From: Myxococcota bacterium
GTDB lineage: Bacteria > Myxococcota_A > Polyangia > Polyangiales > Sandaracinaceae
Length of the DNA stretch: 62,475 bases
Reading direction: 5' to 3'
NCBI GenBank assembly: GCA_036149055.1
Contig: JAYZQJ010000183.1
Coordinates: 1-62,475 of the forward strand
The notes below the pieces were generated by a model. That model worked only from the letters and a program-made list of their open reading frames with translations, was not told where the DNA came from and ran no database searches. The position numbers and the translations under genes were made by a program. Below are positions 46,607 to 59,183 of this stretch, one piece after another. The stretch's first letter is position 1. Every line of letters starts with the position of its first letter.

Positions 46607-47685
46607 TCGCCGCCGCGTGGCTCCTCGCCGCCGTCGCCTCTGCGCAGCCGTCGGCCGACCCGCTCGCCGCGTTCCACGCCTCGCTCGCCCGGACCGCCCG
46701 GGGCGAAGGGGTGACCCGGGTGATGGTCTGGGGCGCCTCCCACACCGCGAGCGATCAGTTCACCGGGTTCCTCCGCGCGCGCTGGCAGCGGCGCTGGGGC
46801 GACGCCGGCCCGGGCCTCGTGCTCCCCGCCTCGCCCTTCCCGCTCTACGACCACCGGCAGGTCCGCTTCGCCCCCGCGGGGAGCTGGCGAACGGTGAGGG
46901 TGCGAGGTCGGCGGCGCGACCCGGGCGCGTACGGCCCGAAGGGCTTCGGGCTCGTGGCCCGGGTCGCCGCCGCCGGCTACGCGGAGACCGACGCGCCCTT
47001 CGATCGCGTGCGGATCTTCCGCGGCCCGACGCCCGGCGCGCTCGAGGTCCGGGCCGGCGAGGAGCGGCGGACCCTGCGCGGCGAGGGCGTCGCGCACGCC
47101 TCCCTCGAGGGGTCCTCTCGCCGGGTGACCGTGCGGGCCCGCGGCCCGGCGCGGCTGCTCGGCCTCTCGCTCGAGCGAGACCGCCCCGGGGTCATCGTCG
47201 ACGCGATGGGCGTGCCGGGCGCGCGCCTCCGGGACCGGCTGCCGTGGAGCGACGCGCCCCTCCGCGCGCAGCTCGAGGTGCTCGCGCCGGCGCTGGTGGT
47301 GCTCGCCTACGGGACCAACGAGGCCGGGTTCACCGGGCGGCCGATCCGCCGCTACGCGCGCGAGGTCGACGCGGCGGTGCGCCGGCTCCGCGCGGTCGCG
47401 CCGGGCGCCAGCTGCCTCCTGATCGGCCCGAGCGACTGGCCGGTCCGCGCCGAGGCCGGCTTCGTCGATCGCCCTCGCACCGCGGAGATCATCGCCACCC
47501 AGCGCGCGGCGGCCGCGCGTCACGGCTGCGCCTTCTTCGACCTGGTGGCCTTCCAGGGCGGTCCGCTGTCGATGCCGGGCTGGGTGGACCGGGGGCTCGC
47601 GCTCCCCGACCACGTGCACTTCACCGACGCCGGGCACCGCCGCCTCGCCGACGCGCTCGACCGCGCCCTGCGCCCTCCCCGTTGA
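46588..47685 (+). CDS. Secreted SGNH/GDSL hydrolase (PatB/Ape1-like)
   Basis: WGASHT (block I Ser), GVPGA, AYGTNE, PDHVHF. Confidence 0.8.
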   Translation: MARRGLIAAAWLLAAVASAQPSADPLAAFHASLARTARGEGVTRVMVWGASHTASDQFTGFLRARWQRRWGDAGPGLVLPASPFPLYDHRQVRFAPAGSWRTVRVRGRRRDPGAYGPKGFGLVARVAAAGYAETDAPFDRVRIFRGPTPGALEVRAGEERRTLRGEGVAHASLEGSSRRVTVRARGPARLLGLSLERDRPGVIVDAMGVPGARLRDRLPWSDAPLRAQLEVLAPALVVLAYGTNEAGFTGRPIRRYAREVDAAVRRLRAVAPGASCLLIGPSDWPVRAEAGFVDRPRTAEIIATQRAAAARHGCAFFDLVAFQGGPLSMPGWVDRGLALPDHVHFTDAGHRRLADALDRALRPPR

Positions 47686-47716
47686 CGGCTCGGGGCGGGA
47701 CCGGGAGAGTCGAGGC

Positions 47717-50077
47717 ATGCGCTTCGTCTGCCTCTCCCTCCTGCTCTTCGCCGCCGGCTGCGACTGCGCGGGCGATCCCGACCCCGACCGCTGCGAGAGC
47801 GACGAGGGTTGCCCGGGCGGCGTCTGCGTCGACGGCGTCTGCGTGGACGTGGACATGGACGCCGGCGCCACCGACGGCGCGCCGACCGAGGACGCGCCGC
47901 CCGAGGCCTGCGACAGCGGGCTCGTCTGCGAGGGCGTGTGCTGCCCGGCCAACCACCGCTGCGCCTTCGACCGCTGCGTGATCGACCTCGGCCCGTGCGA
48001 CACCGACGACGACTGCGCCGGCGACAGCTACTGCGACGGCGAGGGGCGCTGCACCCCGTACGGCGTGCCCGAGGACGTGGTGAACGACCCGGAGTGCGAG
48101 CGCACGATCACGATCGGCGACTTCACCCCCGACGAGCAGTGCCGCTGGGAGAGCCCGCCCGCCGGCGATCCCTTCGAGACCTGGGGCAACGTCTACAGCG
48201 CGCCCCACGTCGCCGACTTCGACCTCGACGACGATCCCACCGTGCTCGCGCCGAGCATCGTCTTCGGCGGCTTCGGCGACTCGCGGGAGGGCGCCATCCT
48301 CCGCGTCCTCGACGGGCGCACCTGCACCGAGCAAGCGGCGCTGACCGACCCGGCGGACCGCCTGATCTACGCGAGCAACTTCGCGATCGGCGACCTCGAC
48401 GGCGCGCCCGACGGCCGCCCCGAGATCGTCGCCGCCTCGCTCATCTCCCGCGAGACGCCGGGCGGGCTGGTGGCGTTCGGCTACGACGCCGGCGCGGGGA
48501 CCTTCGTCCGCCGCTGGTACGGCCGCCGCTGCGATCTCCCCGGCGAGCCGCGACACACCCCGAACGACTGGGCGAACAACAACGGCCCGTCGATGCACGA
48601 CCTGGACGACGACGGCACCCCGGAGGTGCTCCTCGACCGCTTCGTCTACGACGCGAACGGCTGCCTCCTGAACCCGGGCGCCGCCTACGAGAACTACCTC
48701 CGCCTCGGCCTCTTCGCCGTGGTCTCCGACGTCGACCTCGACGGCCAGCCCGAGCTGGTCCGGCACGACGGCGTCTACGCCTGGTCGGGCAGCGACTGGG
48801 TGCGCGAGGCGAGCTGGGCGCCCTCGAGCCCGACGGACGCGGAGCGGGTCGGCCACGTCGCGGTCGCCGACCTGGGCGACTTCCCCGGCGTGGCCGGCGA
48901 CGCCCCGGGGCGCGCCGAGATCGTGGTCGCGTCCGCGCCGAGCTCCACCAGCCCGGCCACCGCCACCGGGAGCGTCCGGGTCATGACCGTGGCCGGCGAG
49001 ATCGTCTTCGGGCCCTACGACCTGCCGAACGAGCCGGGCGAGGTGGCCGGCCGTGGCGGGCCGCCGACCATCGGGGACTTCGACGGCGACGGGAGGCGCG
49101 AGCTCGCGGTCGCCGGCGGCTCCCGCTACACGGTGTTCGACCTCGACTGCGACGTGGACGCCGGCTCGGCCCCCGGCTGCGCGCGGCTCGACGGGCTCCC
49201 CCGCGGCGTGCTCTGGAGCCGGCGCAGCCAGGACCGCAGCTCGAACGTCACCGGCTCGAGCGTGTTCGACTTCGACGCCGACGGCGTGGCCGAGGTCGTC
49301 TACGGCGACGAGTGCTTCGTGCGCATCTACCGCGGGACCGACGGCGAGGTGCTCTTCTCGAGCAGCGCGTCGAGCGGCACCGGCTACGAGCTGCCGGTGA
49401 TCGCGGACGTCGACGGCGACTTCAACAGCGAGATCGTGTTCGCGATGACGCGCGGCGTGAGCTGCCCGGCGACCGACCCGATCTTCACCCGCGGCGAGTC
49501 CACCTTCGAGAGCGGCACCGGCATCCGGGTGCTCCGCGACGTGATGGACCGGTGGGCCGCGTCGCGCCCGATCTGGAACCAGCACGCCTACTCGGTCACC
49601 AACGTCGAGGACGACGGATCCATCCCGCGCACGAGCGCGGTCCGCGTCAACCACACCGACGCGACGCTCAACAACTTCCGCATGAACGCCCAGGGCACGC
49701 TCGAGCGGCGCGGGGCGGCCGACCTCACCGTCTCGCTCGCCCGCGCCTCGGAGCTCTGCGACCGGCTGACCGGCGAGGTGACCCTGGCCGCCAACGTGTG
49801 CAACCGCGGCACCAACCCCGTGCCCGACGGCGCGCGCGTCGTCTTCTTCGCCGGCGACCCCGACGGCGGCGCGGACATCGCGTGCGAGACCACCCTACCC
49901 CGCCTGCTCGATCCCGGCGTGTGCACGGAGGTCAGCTGCGCGTGGACGGTGCCCGACATGAGCATGGTCACCCGCAGCGTGACGGTGGTCGTCGACTCCG
50001 ACGGAGAGGTCTTCGAGTGCCGCGACGGCAACAACCGCGGCGTGGTCCCGGACATCTACTGCGGGGGCCCGTTCTGA
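47717..50077 (+). CDS. Cys-rich FG-GAP-repeat lipoprotein with C-terminal CARDB-like domain (paralog of 21822-24056)
   Basis: AAGC lipobox; GGPPTIGDFDGDG, QDRSSNVTGSSVFDFDADG, WNQHAYSVTN, ECRDGNN. Confidence 0.85.
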   Translation: MRFVCLSLLLFAAGCDCAGDPDPDRCESDEGCPGGVCVDGVCVDVDMDAGATDGAPTEDAPPEACDSGLVCEGVCCPANHRCAFDRCVIDLGPCDTDDDCAGDSYCDGEGRCTPYGVPEDVVNDPECERTITIGDFTPDEQCRWESPPAGDPFETWGNVYSAPHVADFDLDDDPTVLAPSIVFGGFGDSREGAILRVLDGRTCTEQAALTDPADRLIYASNFAIGDLDGAPDGRPEIVAASLISRETPGGLVAFGYDAGAGTFVRRWYGRRCDLPGEPRHTPNDWANNNGPSMHDLDDDGTPEVLLDRFVYDANGCLLNPGAAYENYLRLGLFAVVSDVDLDGQPELVRHDGVYAWSGSDWVREASWAPSSPTDAERVGHVAVADLGDFPGVAGDAPGRAEIVVASAPSSTSPATATGSVRVMTVAGEIVFGPYDLPNEPGEVAGRGGPPTIGDFDGDGRRELAVAGGSRYTVFDLDCDVDAGSAPGCARLDGLPRGVLWSRRSQDRSSNVTGSSVFDFDADGVAEVVYGDECFVRIYRGTDGEVLFSSSASSGTGYELPVIADVDGDFNSEIVFAMTRGVSCPATDPIFTRGESTFESGTGIRVLRDVMDRWAASRPIWNQHAYSVTNVEDDGSIPRTSAVRVNHTDATLNNFRMNAQGTLERRGAADLTVSLARASELCDRLTGEVTLAANVCNRGTNPVPDGARVVFFAGDPDGGADIACETTLPRLLDPGVCTEVSCAWTVPDMSMVTRSVTVVVDSDGEVFECRDGNNRGVVPDIYCGGPF

Positions 50078-50119
50078 GGCGGTTTGCACCGCGGGGCAAT
50101 CTGTCCTGTAGTGGGCGCC

Positions 50120-52621
<2,502 letters not shown>

Positions 52622-53695
52622 TCAGCCGCCGATGAGGCTCATGCCCACTTCCTCGTGCTCGGTCACGGCCGGGTCGAGGAAGTGGTGTGAGGCGTCCTTG
52701 GTGGCGAGGGCCCAGTGGATGGCCCAGCCGAGGTCGAGGTCGCTCGCGCCCGCGCGCATCTGATCGCGGAGCGAGACGGCGCGGCGATCGGCGAGGCACG
52801 CCCGCACGTCGCCCTGCGCGGTCACGCGCACCCGGTTGCAGGCGGCGCAGAAGGTGTCGCTGATCGCGGTGATGAAGCCGACGCGGCGGCGGCCGTCCGG
52901 CGACGTCAGGTAGCGCGCGGGGCCGTGCCCGGCGTCGGGGCCCCGGTCGTCCGGGACGACGCGATCGCCGAGGATCGCCTTCAGGCGCTCGGCCGATAAA
53001 AACGCGTCCGCGGGGAGCTTCGCGGCCTCGCCGAGCGGCATCAGCTCGATGAACCGGGGCGTCACCCCGAGCGACCACGCCCAGTCCACCAGGTCCGCGG
53101 CGTCCGACTCCGGCAGCACGTCGCCGCCGAGCGCCACCGCGTTGATCTTCACCTCGAGGCCGGCGTCGAGCGCGGCGTGCACGCCGGCGATCACCGGGCC
53201 CACCTCTCCGCCGCGGGTCACCGCCCGGAAGCGGTCCGGCTCGAGGGTGTCGAGCGAGACGTTCACCCCGGTGAGGCCCGCCTCCTTCAGCGGGCGCGCG
53301 AGCTCCGGCAGGCGCACCGCGTTGGTCGTCATCTGCAGCTCGTCCACCTCGCGCCGCGCCATCGCGACGAGCCGCACCACGTCCTTGCGGACCAGCGGCT
53401 CACCGCCGGTGAAGCGGACGCGACGGATGCCGCCGCGGGCGAAGACCCGGATGAGCCGCGCCGCCTCCTCGAACGAGAGGAGCTCCGGCCGCAGCGCGTG
53501 CTCGATCTCGCCGCCGGGCGGCATGCAGTAGACGCAGGCGAGGTTGCAGCGGTCGGTGAGCGAGAGCCGGAGGTAGGTGATCGCCCGCCCCCGCGCGTCG
53601 ACGAGCCGCGGCGCGCCCACGAACCCGTCCGGGCGCGGAGGCACCGACGCGGGGAGCGCGAGCCGGGAGCCGGCGATGGGGAGGGAGATCTTCAC
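52622..53695 (-). CDS. moaA: GTP 3',8-cyclase
   Basis: YLRLSLTDRCNLACVYCMP, TGGEPL, FCAACNRVR...C, terminal MSLIGG. Confidence 0.95.
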   Translation of the reverse strand: MKISLPIAGSRLALPASVPPRPDGFVGAPRLVDARGRAITYLRLSLTDRCNLACVYCMPPGGEIEHALRPELLSFEEAARLIRVFARGGIRRVRFTGGEPLVRKDVVRLVAMARREVDELQMTTNAVRLPELARPLKEAGLTGVNVSLDTLEPDRFRAVTRGGEVGPVIAGVHAALDAGLEVKINAVALGGDVLPESDAADLVDWAWSLGVTPRFIELMPLGEAAKLPADAFLSAERLKAILGDRVVPDDRGPDAGHGPARYLTSPDGRRRVGFITAISDTFCAACNRVRVTAQGDVRACLADRRAVSLRDQMRAGASDLDLGWAIHWALATKDASHHFLDPAVTEHEEVGMSLIGG

Positions 53696-53759
53696 GGGGG
53701 ACGCTCTCTCCCGAAGCCTATCGCGATCTCCGCCGTTTGCCTCGCCGGCGAGGCGGGGC

Positions 53760-54665
53760 CTACTCCAGCCCGATCTTCGTCGAGTGGAGCGTCAGGAAGT
53801 CGCGCGCGGCGGCGATGACCTCGTCGTCGGCGAGGACCCGGCGGTGGCCGAGCCCCTCGGTGAGCAGCAGCCGGGAGTCGGCCCAGGCCTCGTGCAGCCG
53901 CTCGCCGCAGGCCGCCGGCACCTCCCGGTCCGCCCGGTCGTGCACGATGAGGGCGGGGAGATCGAGCCGGGCGGCGAGGGTCGGCCCGTAGACCTCGTCG
54001 AAGGTGCGGCCGACCTTGCTCTCGATCGTCGCCTGGGCGCGCGCCAGCGTCGGCGCGCCGAGCCCGAGCATCCGGCCCATCTCCGCCACCCAGGGCTCGG
54101 GCGAGATCGGCGCGCCGATCAGCACCGCGCCCCACGCGTCGAGCCCGTCCGACAGCGCCAGCGTCGCCGCCGCCGCGCCGAGCGAGTGCGCGAGCAGCCC
54201 GACCGGGCGCTCCTCGCCCTGCGCCACCCGCACGAGGGCGCGCGTCATCTGGCCGAGGTTGGTGGAGCGGCCGGTCGACTCTCCGTGGCCGACGTGGTCG
54301 AAGGTCACGACCCGGAAGCCGGCGGCGACCAGGGGCTCCACGAACGGCGCGAGCTGGGTCGCGCGTCCGTTCCAGCCGTGGGTGAGCACCACCGTCGGCC
54401 CACGCCCCCAGCTCCAGGCGGCGAGGGTCTCGCCCTCGAACGGGACCCGGAAGCGCCGCGCGAGGCCGAAGGCCGCGCTCGCGCCGGGCCGCATCCGGCG
54501 GGTCTGGAAGAAGAGGGTCGCGGCGATGCGCGCGGCCGCCTCCGGGGAGACCGCCTCCACCGCCCCGATCGAGCGGCGCATCCAGGCGGGCGCGCGTCGA
54601 GTCTCGGCGGCCTTGCCGGAACCAGAACGAACGGTCGTGCTTTTATCGTGAGACAACTGGGTCAT
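53760..54665 (-). CDS. Alpha/beta fold hydrolase
   Basis: HGWNG, GHGES, AHSLG nucleophile, HDRAD, GLGH. Confidence 0.9.
   Translation of the reverse strand: MTQLSHDKSTTVRSGSGKAAETRRAPAWMRRSIGAVEAVSPEAAARIAATLFFQTRRMRPGASAAFGLARRFRVPFEGETLAAWSWGRGPTVVLTHGWNGRATQLAPFVEPLVAAGFRVVTFDHVGHGESTGRSTNLGQMTRALVRVAQGEERPVGLLAHSLGAAAATLALSDGLDAWGAVLIGAPISPEPWVAEMGRMLGLGAPTLARAQATIESKVGRTFDEVYGPTLAARLDLPALIVHDRADREVPAACGERLHEAWADSRLLLTEGLGHRRVLADDEVIAAARDFLTLHSTKIGLE
54627..54638. promoter_or_regulatory. Second copy of the putative TetR operator, inside the hydrolase coding sequence
   Basis: ACGAACGGTCGT, the reverse complement of the 55319-55330 site. Confidence 0.65.
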
Positions 54666-54690
54666 GACTTCCTCCTCCCGCGAAACGGGC

Positions 54691-55281
54691 TCAGACCCGC
54701 GCGCTTCCGACCAGGCGCTCGAAGCCGGCGCGCAGCCGGGCCTCGGCGTCGTCCTGCTCGAGCAGGCGCGAGAACCAGTGATAGGAGAGCGCGAGCCCCC
54801 AGAGCTCGAACGCCCACTGCCGCGTGTCGAGCTCGGGCGCGAAGTGGCCCTCCTCGACCGCGATGCGCGCGGCGGTCCGCAGGGCGTCCATCCAGTCCCT
54901 CTGCACGGAGACCAGGTGGTCGCGGACCGGGCCGGGCTGATCGTCGAGCTCGGCCGCGGCGGCCACGAAGGGGCAGCCACCCGGCAGGTAGGACGCCTTC
55001 TCCCAGGTGATCCAGCGGTCGAGGATCGCGCGGACCCGGGGCTCGCCCCGCGGCGCTCGGAGCGCCGGCGTCATCACCTCGGACACGAAGCGCGCCCTCG
55101 CCTCCTCGAGCACCTGGATCTGCAGGTCCTCCTTGGAGCCGAAGTGCGCGTAGAGCCCGCTCTTGCTCATGCCGAGGGAGGTGGCCAGCCCGCCGATGGT
55201 CAGCCCATCGAGCCCCAGCACGCTCGCCTGCGACAGCGCGTCCGCCAGGATGGCGGCCCGGGTCTCTTCACCTTTGCTCAT
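54691..55281 (-). CDS. TetR/AcrR family transcriptional regulator
   Basis: LTIGGLATSLGMSKSGLYAHFGSKEDL HTH; GGCPF. Confidence 0.95.
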   Translation of the reverse strand: MSKGEETRAAILADALSQASVLGLDGLTIGGLATSLGMSKSGLYAHFGSKEDLQIQVLEEARARFVSEVMTPALRAPRGEPRVRAILDRWITWEKASYLPGGCPFVAAAAELDDQPGPVRDHLVSVQRDWMDALRTAARIAVEEGHFAPELDTRQWAFELWGLALSYHWFSRLLEQDDAEARLRAGFERLVGSARV

Positions 55282-55310
55282 CGTGCCCTCGCTCTCACCC
55301 TCGTACGACT

Positions 55311-55338
55311 ACAATAGTACGACCGTTCGTTTCGTCAA
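55311..55338 (-). promoter_or_regulatory. Sigma70-type promoter of tetR with operator in the spacer
   Basis: TTGACG-N16-TATTGT on the minus strand; the spacer holds the quasi-palindrome ACGAACGGTCGT. Confidence 0.7.
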
Positions 55339-55457
55339 GCGACGGCGATCGCCGTCCCCGCCACGGACGGACGCGGCCCCGAGCGACTGACGCTTCCTCT
55401 CGAGAGCTGGCGACGACGGCGCCGCACGTCGCCGTCGGACCCGCCCCCGCCCAGGGC

Positions 55458-58400
55458 TCACCGCGGCTTGGCGACGCGGCGGAGCTCGGCGTCGAAGGCG
55501 GCGAAGAGCGCGGGCGGCTGCCGCCGGGCCTGACGCTCGAGGCAGCGCTCGAGGTGGTCGGCCTGCCCGGCCAACGCGTAGCGCACCACCAGCGCGCCGT
55601 CGGGGTCGTCGTCGCCGTCCGGCTCGTGGAGCGCGAGGGAGCGCTCGGCGTGTCGGCCGGCTCCGTCGAGGTCCCCGGTGGCGAAGAGCGCGAGGGCGCG
55701 GCTCCAGTGCGCGTTGTGACAGAAGGGGGCGGCGTCGACGGCGTGGCGGCTGCAGCGGAGGGCCTCGTCGAGCTCTCGCATCGCCCGCGCGAGGAGCGCG
55801 CCGAGGCGCTCGGGCCCGATGTGCTGGTAGGGGTGGATCGCGGCGAGCCGGCGCGCGCAGGCGATGGCCTGCTCCAGCTCCCCCTTGCGCACCCACGACT
55901 CCTCCATGGCCGCGAGCGCGTCCTCGTCGGTGTCGTCGATCGCGACCGCCCGCTCCGCGGCCTCGTTCGCGTCGGCGTAGCGATCGAGCGCCGCGTAGGC
56001 GTAGCTCAGCTGGGCCCAGTCGTTGGCCGACTCGCTCATCGCCGCGCGGACGGCGTCGAGGTCGCGGTCCTCGCCGAGCTGCGCCCGCTCCGCCGCCGCG
56101 CGGATGCGCCACGTCATGCGCTTGCCCGCCCCGGCGCGCTCCGCCTCGAGCGCGGCCGCGTCCCCCGCCAGGCGGTGGTCGATCGAGCGGGTGGCCCAGT
56201 AGACGTCCCACGCCAGGTGGGCGGGCACCCCGTCCTCGCAGAGCGCGCGCAGGCGCGGCATCGCCTCCCGGACCGCGCCGGCGAGGCGGTGCGCGGCGAG
56301 CCAGCGCTGCTCCGCCCGGTTCTTGAGCCGCGGGGACGTCACCCGCTCGGGCACGCGGCGCGCGAGCGCGAGGGCCCGGTCGTAGCGCATGTCGTCGATG
56401 TGCCAGGTGACGAGGTCGAGCAGCCCCTGCTCGGGATCGGCCCAGGCCCGCAGCGCGTCGCCGAGCGCGCGCTCCGCCTCGTCCTCGCGCCCGAGCGCGG
56501 CCGACAGCGCCGCCCGGGTCTCGAGCACGTAGGGGTCCTGCGCGTCCTCCACCGCGTCGAGGTGATCGAGCCCCTCGGCCGGATCTCGCTCCGCGAGCGC
56601 CCACGCCAGCCGGATGCGCGACCAGCCGTGGCGCGGCGCGAGCTCCACCACCCGCCGCAAGGTCGCCTCGCCCTCCGCCCGCGTGAGCACGTCGCGCGAG
56701 AGCAGGCTGCCCAGCCGCGACATCGCGCCGACGTCCTGCGGCGACGCGGCGAGCACCCGGCGGAACAGGGAGACCGCGTGTCCGCGCTGGTTCTCGTCGT
56801 CGAGCAGACCGCCGATGGCGCGGACGAGCTCGGGATCGGTCGCGTGCGCCTCGGCCAGCTCGCGCAGCCGCGCGGCCGCCACCTCCCGGGACTCCAGCCG
56901 GCACCACAGGTCCCAGAGCGCGTCGGCCAGCGGGCCCGGCTCGCCGCCCTGCGCGAGCGCCCGGCTCAACATCTCCGCCGCCTCGGGGCCCCGCTCGAGC
57001 GCCTCGAGCGCCTCCGCGTGGAGAGTGAAGGCCCGGGTCGGCCCGCGGCCGCCTTCGGTGATCCGCGCCAGGGCGCGCTCGGCCTCCTCGACCCGCTCCA
57101 GCGACCACAGCGCCTGCGCGAGCCCGAGCGAGGCGAACGGGCTGCTCGGGTCTCGCTCCAGCGCCTCCGCGAAGGCGGCGCGCGCGCCCTCCCAGTCGCC
57201 GCAGGCCGCGGCCAGATCCCCCGCGACCTCGTGATCGAAGGGGTTGTCCGGGTGCTCGGAGAGCGCCACCCGCGAGAAGTGGGCGGCGCGCCGGCGCAGC
57301 GTCTCGTCGGCGCCGCGGACGCGCTCGAAGACCCGCGTCGGCGCGAGCAGGCTCTCGGGACCGCCCGTCTTCTTGCCCCGCTCGATCAGCTCCCGCACGT
57401 AGACCGCGGCCAGGTTCTCGGCGGCGCGGACGTCGTGCGGCGCGAGCGCCAGCGCCTCGAGCAGCAGCCCCTCGGCGCGCTCGAGGTCGCCGCCGAGCCA
57501 CATGCACTCGCCCATGCTCTGCTTGTTGTGGCTGTCGCCCGGGTCGCGACGCGACGCCTCGAGGTACTCGGCGTAGGCCTCGTCGCGCAGCCCGCGGTCG
57601 AAGAGGGAGTGGGCGTGCAGCTGGTGCGGCCACTCGTCTTCTCCGAACGCGGTGCGCACGTGGTGCAGGTCGCGCAGGAAGGCGTCGCGGTCGTCGGCCC
57701 GGCCGGTCATCTGGTGGAGGCGGCGGCGCGCGGAGACCCGGCGGTGCCACGCGAGCTTGAACTCCGGCGCGAGCGCGATCGCCTCGTCGCAGCGACGCAG
57801 GAGCTCGAAGAGCGAGGCCTCCTCCTTCGCGCCCCCGCCGCCGGGGCGGAGCCGATCGGCGTCGTCGAGGATCCGGAGGTGCGGCGCGTCGACGAGCCCC
57901 GCCTGGTCGCACCGCGCCTCGAGCGCAGCGAGCTCGGGTCCGGCGCGGCCGAGCACGATGATCGCGCCGTTGCCGAAGAGCTGCCCGGCGCGCGCCGTGA
58001 ACTCGAAGGTCTTCATCAGCGGGCGGTGCGTCGCCGGGTCCTGCGCGATGAAGGTGCCGAGCGCCTCGTCGTAGCCGACCAGCACCGCGACGTGGGAGGT
58101 CGTCGAGTACTCCTCCTGCACGATCACCGGCAGGCCGAGATCGATCGCCGCCATCAAGCGCGCGCGCGTGCCCTCCACCCGGCGCGCGACGATGTCGTGC
58201 GCGCGCAGGAACGCGGCGATCTCGAACATCGGCGTGCCGTGCTGACGCTTCACCACGTCGGCGATCTCGTCCTGGGTGAGCTCGATCGCGAGGTAGCGGA
58301 AGCAGAGCTCGAGCACGGCCGGCCCGCAGTAGTTCCACTTCTGCGAGGTGGTCGGGAACGCGGCGAGGCGCTGCCGTCGGCCGCCCTCGAGGTGACGCTC

Positions 58401-59183
58401 CAGGTGGCTCATGCGCTCGCGCGCGTAGCGCCCCGCGCCGCTGTCGGGGCTCATCCGCCAGGCCTCGCCGAGCGCCTCGAGCGCGTCGGCGTGTCGCCCG
58501 GTCCCGGCCAGCGCGAGGGCGTGGCTGATGCGGTCGTCCTGCGCGTGGTCGCTGCCCTCGCCCTCCTCGAGCACCTTCGCCCAGGCCTCCGCCTCGGCCT
58601 CCGGATCCTGTCGGGCCGCGTGACAGCTGGCGATGAGCCGGAGCGCGCGGAGCCGCGTGGGGCCCGGCCCGACCCTCCGGGCCTCGGCGATGGCGGCGTC
58701 GAAGTCGCCGAGCACGTACAGCCCGTCGGCGAGCGCGTGCCGCGCCGCGTCCTCCGCCTCGCCGCCCGCCTCGATGGCCTTCGCGAAGCAGGCGTGGGCC
58801 CGCTCGCGCTCGTCGAAGCCCATCATCGCGCGGCCCTCCGAGAGGAGCACGCGCGGGTGCGCGCCGAGCGCCTCCCGCGCCTCGGCGACCGCGCGCTCGG
58901 TGAGCGCGAAGCACCGCTTCGCCGCGTAGCCGTCGATCCGGAGCGCGTGGGCGCGCGGCAGCTCCGCCTCGAAGGCGGGCGCCTCGATGAGCGCCTCCAC
59001 CGCGAGCACGGTCTCGTCCACCGGCACCCGGGGCTCGCGCAGGTCGAGCTGGGCCCGCCGCAGCGCCCGGCGCCACCCGAGCGCCGTCTCGATGCCCTCG
59101 TCCGGTCCCTCCTCGAGCGCCGCGCGCGCCTCGCGGATCCGCTCCTCGGCCAGCAGCGCCTCGATCGCGTCCAGATCGGTCAC
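55458..59183 (-). CDS. Large TPR protein with intact C39-like (papain-fold) peptidase domain
   Basis: SQKWNYCGPAVL (Cys codon 58326-58328), SHVAVLVGYD (His 58092-58094), IAQDP (Asp 58038-58040); TPR-like repeats on both sides; GTG start overlaps the upstream TGA. Confidence 0.85.
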   Translation of the reverse strand: MTDLDAIEALLAEERIREARAALEEGPDEGIETALGWRRALRRAQLDLREPRVPVDETVLAVEALIEAPAFEAELPRAHALRIDGYAAKRCFALTERAVAEAREALGAHPRVLLSEGRAMMGFDERERAHACFAKAIEAGGEAEDAARHALADGLYVLGDFDAAIAEARRVGPGPTRLRALRLIASCHAARQDPEAEAEAWAKVLEEGEGSDHAQDDRISHALALAGTGRHADALEALGEAWRMSPDSGAGRYARERMSHLERHLEGGRRQRLAAFPTTSQKWNYCGPAVLELCFRYLAIELTQDEIADVVKRQHGTPMFEIAAFLRAHDIVARRVEGTRARLMAAIDLGLPVIVQEEYSTTSHVAVLVGYDEALGTFIAQDPATHRPLMKTFEFTARAGQLFGNGAIIVLGRAGPELAALEARCDQAGLVDAPHLRILDDADRLRPGGGGAKEEASLFELLRRCDEAIALAPEFKLAWHRRVSARRRLHQMTGRADDRDAFLRDLHHVRTAFGEDEWPHQLHAHSLFDRGLRDEAYAEYLEASRRDPGDSHNKQSMGECMWLGGDLERAEGLLLEALALAPHDVRAAENLAAVYVRELIERGKKTGGPESLLAPTRVFERVRGADETLRRRAAHFSRVALSEHPDNPFDHEVAGDLAAACGDWEGARAAFAEALERDPSSPFASLGLAQALWSLERVEEAERALARITEGGRGPTRAFTLHAEALEALERGPEAAEMLSRALAQGGEPGPLADALWDLWCRLESREVAAARLRELAEAHATDPELVRAIGGLLDDENQRGHAVSLFRRVLAASPQDVGAMSRLGSLLSRDVLTRAEGEATLRRVVELAPRHGWSRIRLAWALAERDPAEGLDHLDAVEDAQDPYVLETRAALSAALGREDEAERALGDALRAWADPEQGLLDLVTWHIDDMRYDRALALARRVPERVTSPRLKNRAEQRWLAAHRLAGAVREAMPRLRALCEDGVPAHLAWDVYWATRSIDHRLAGDAAALEAERAGAGKRMTWRIRAAAERAQLGEDRDLDAVRAAMSESANDWAQLSYAYAALDRYADANEAAERAVAIDDTDEDALAAMEESWVRKGELEQAIACARRLAAIHPYQHIGPERLGALLARAMRELDEALRCSRHAVDAAPFCHNAHWSRALALFATGDLDGAGRHAERSLALHEPDGDDDPDGALVVRYALAGQADHLERCLERQARRQPPALFAAFDAELRRVAKPR

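Noticed and set aside
55341..55356. Perfect 16 bp palindrome GACGGCGATCGCCGTC
   Set aside because: It occurs once in GC-rich DNA without a U-tract. It could be a terminator or binding site, but nothing supports a call.
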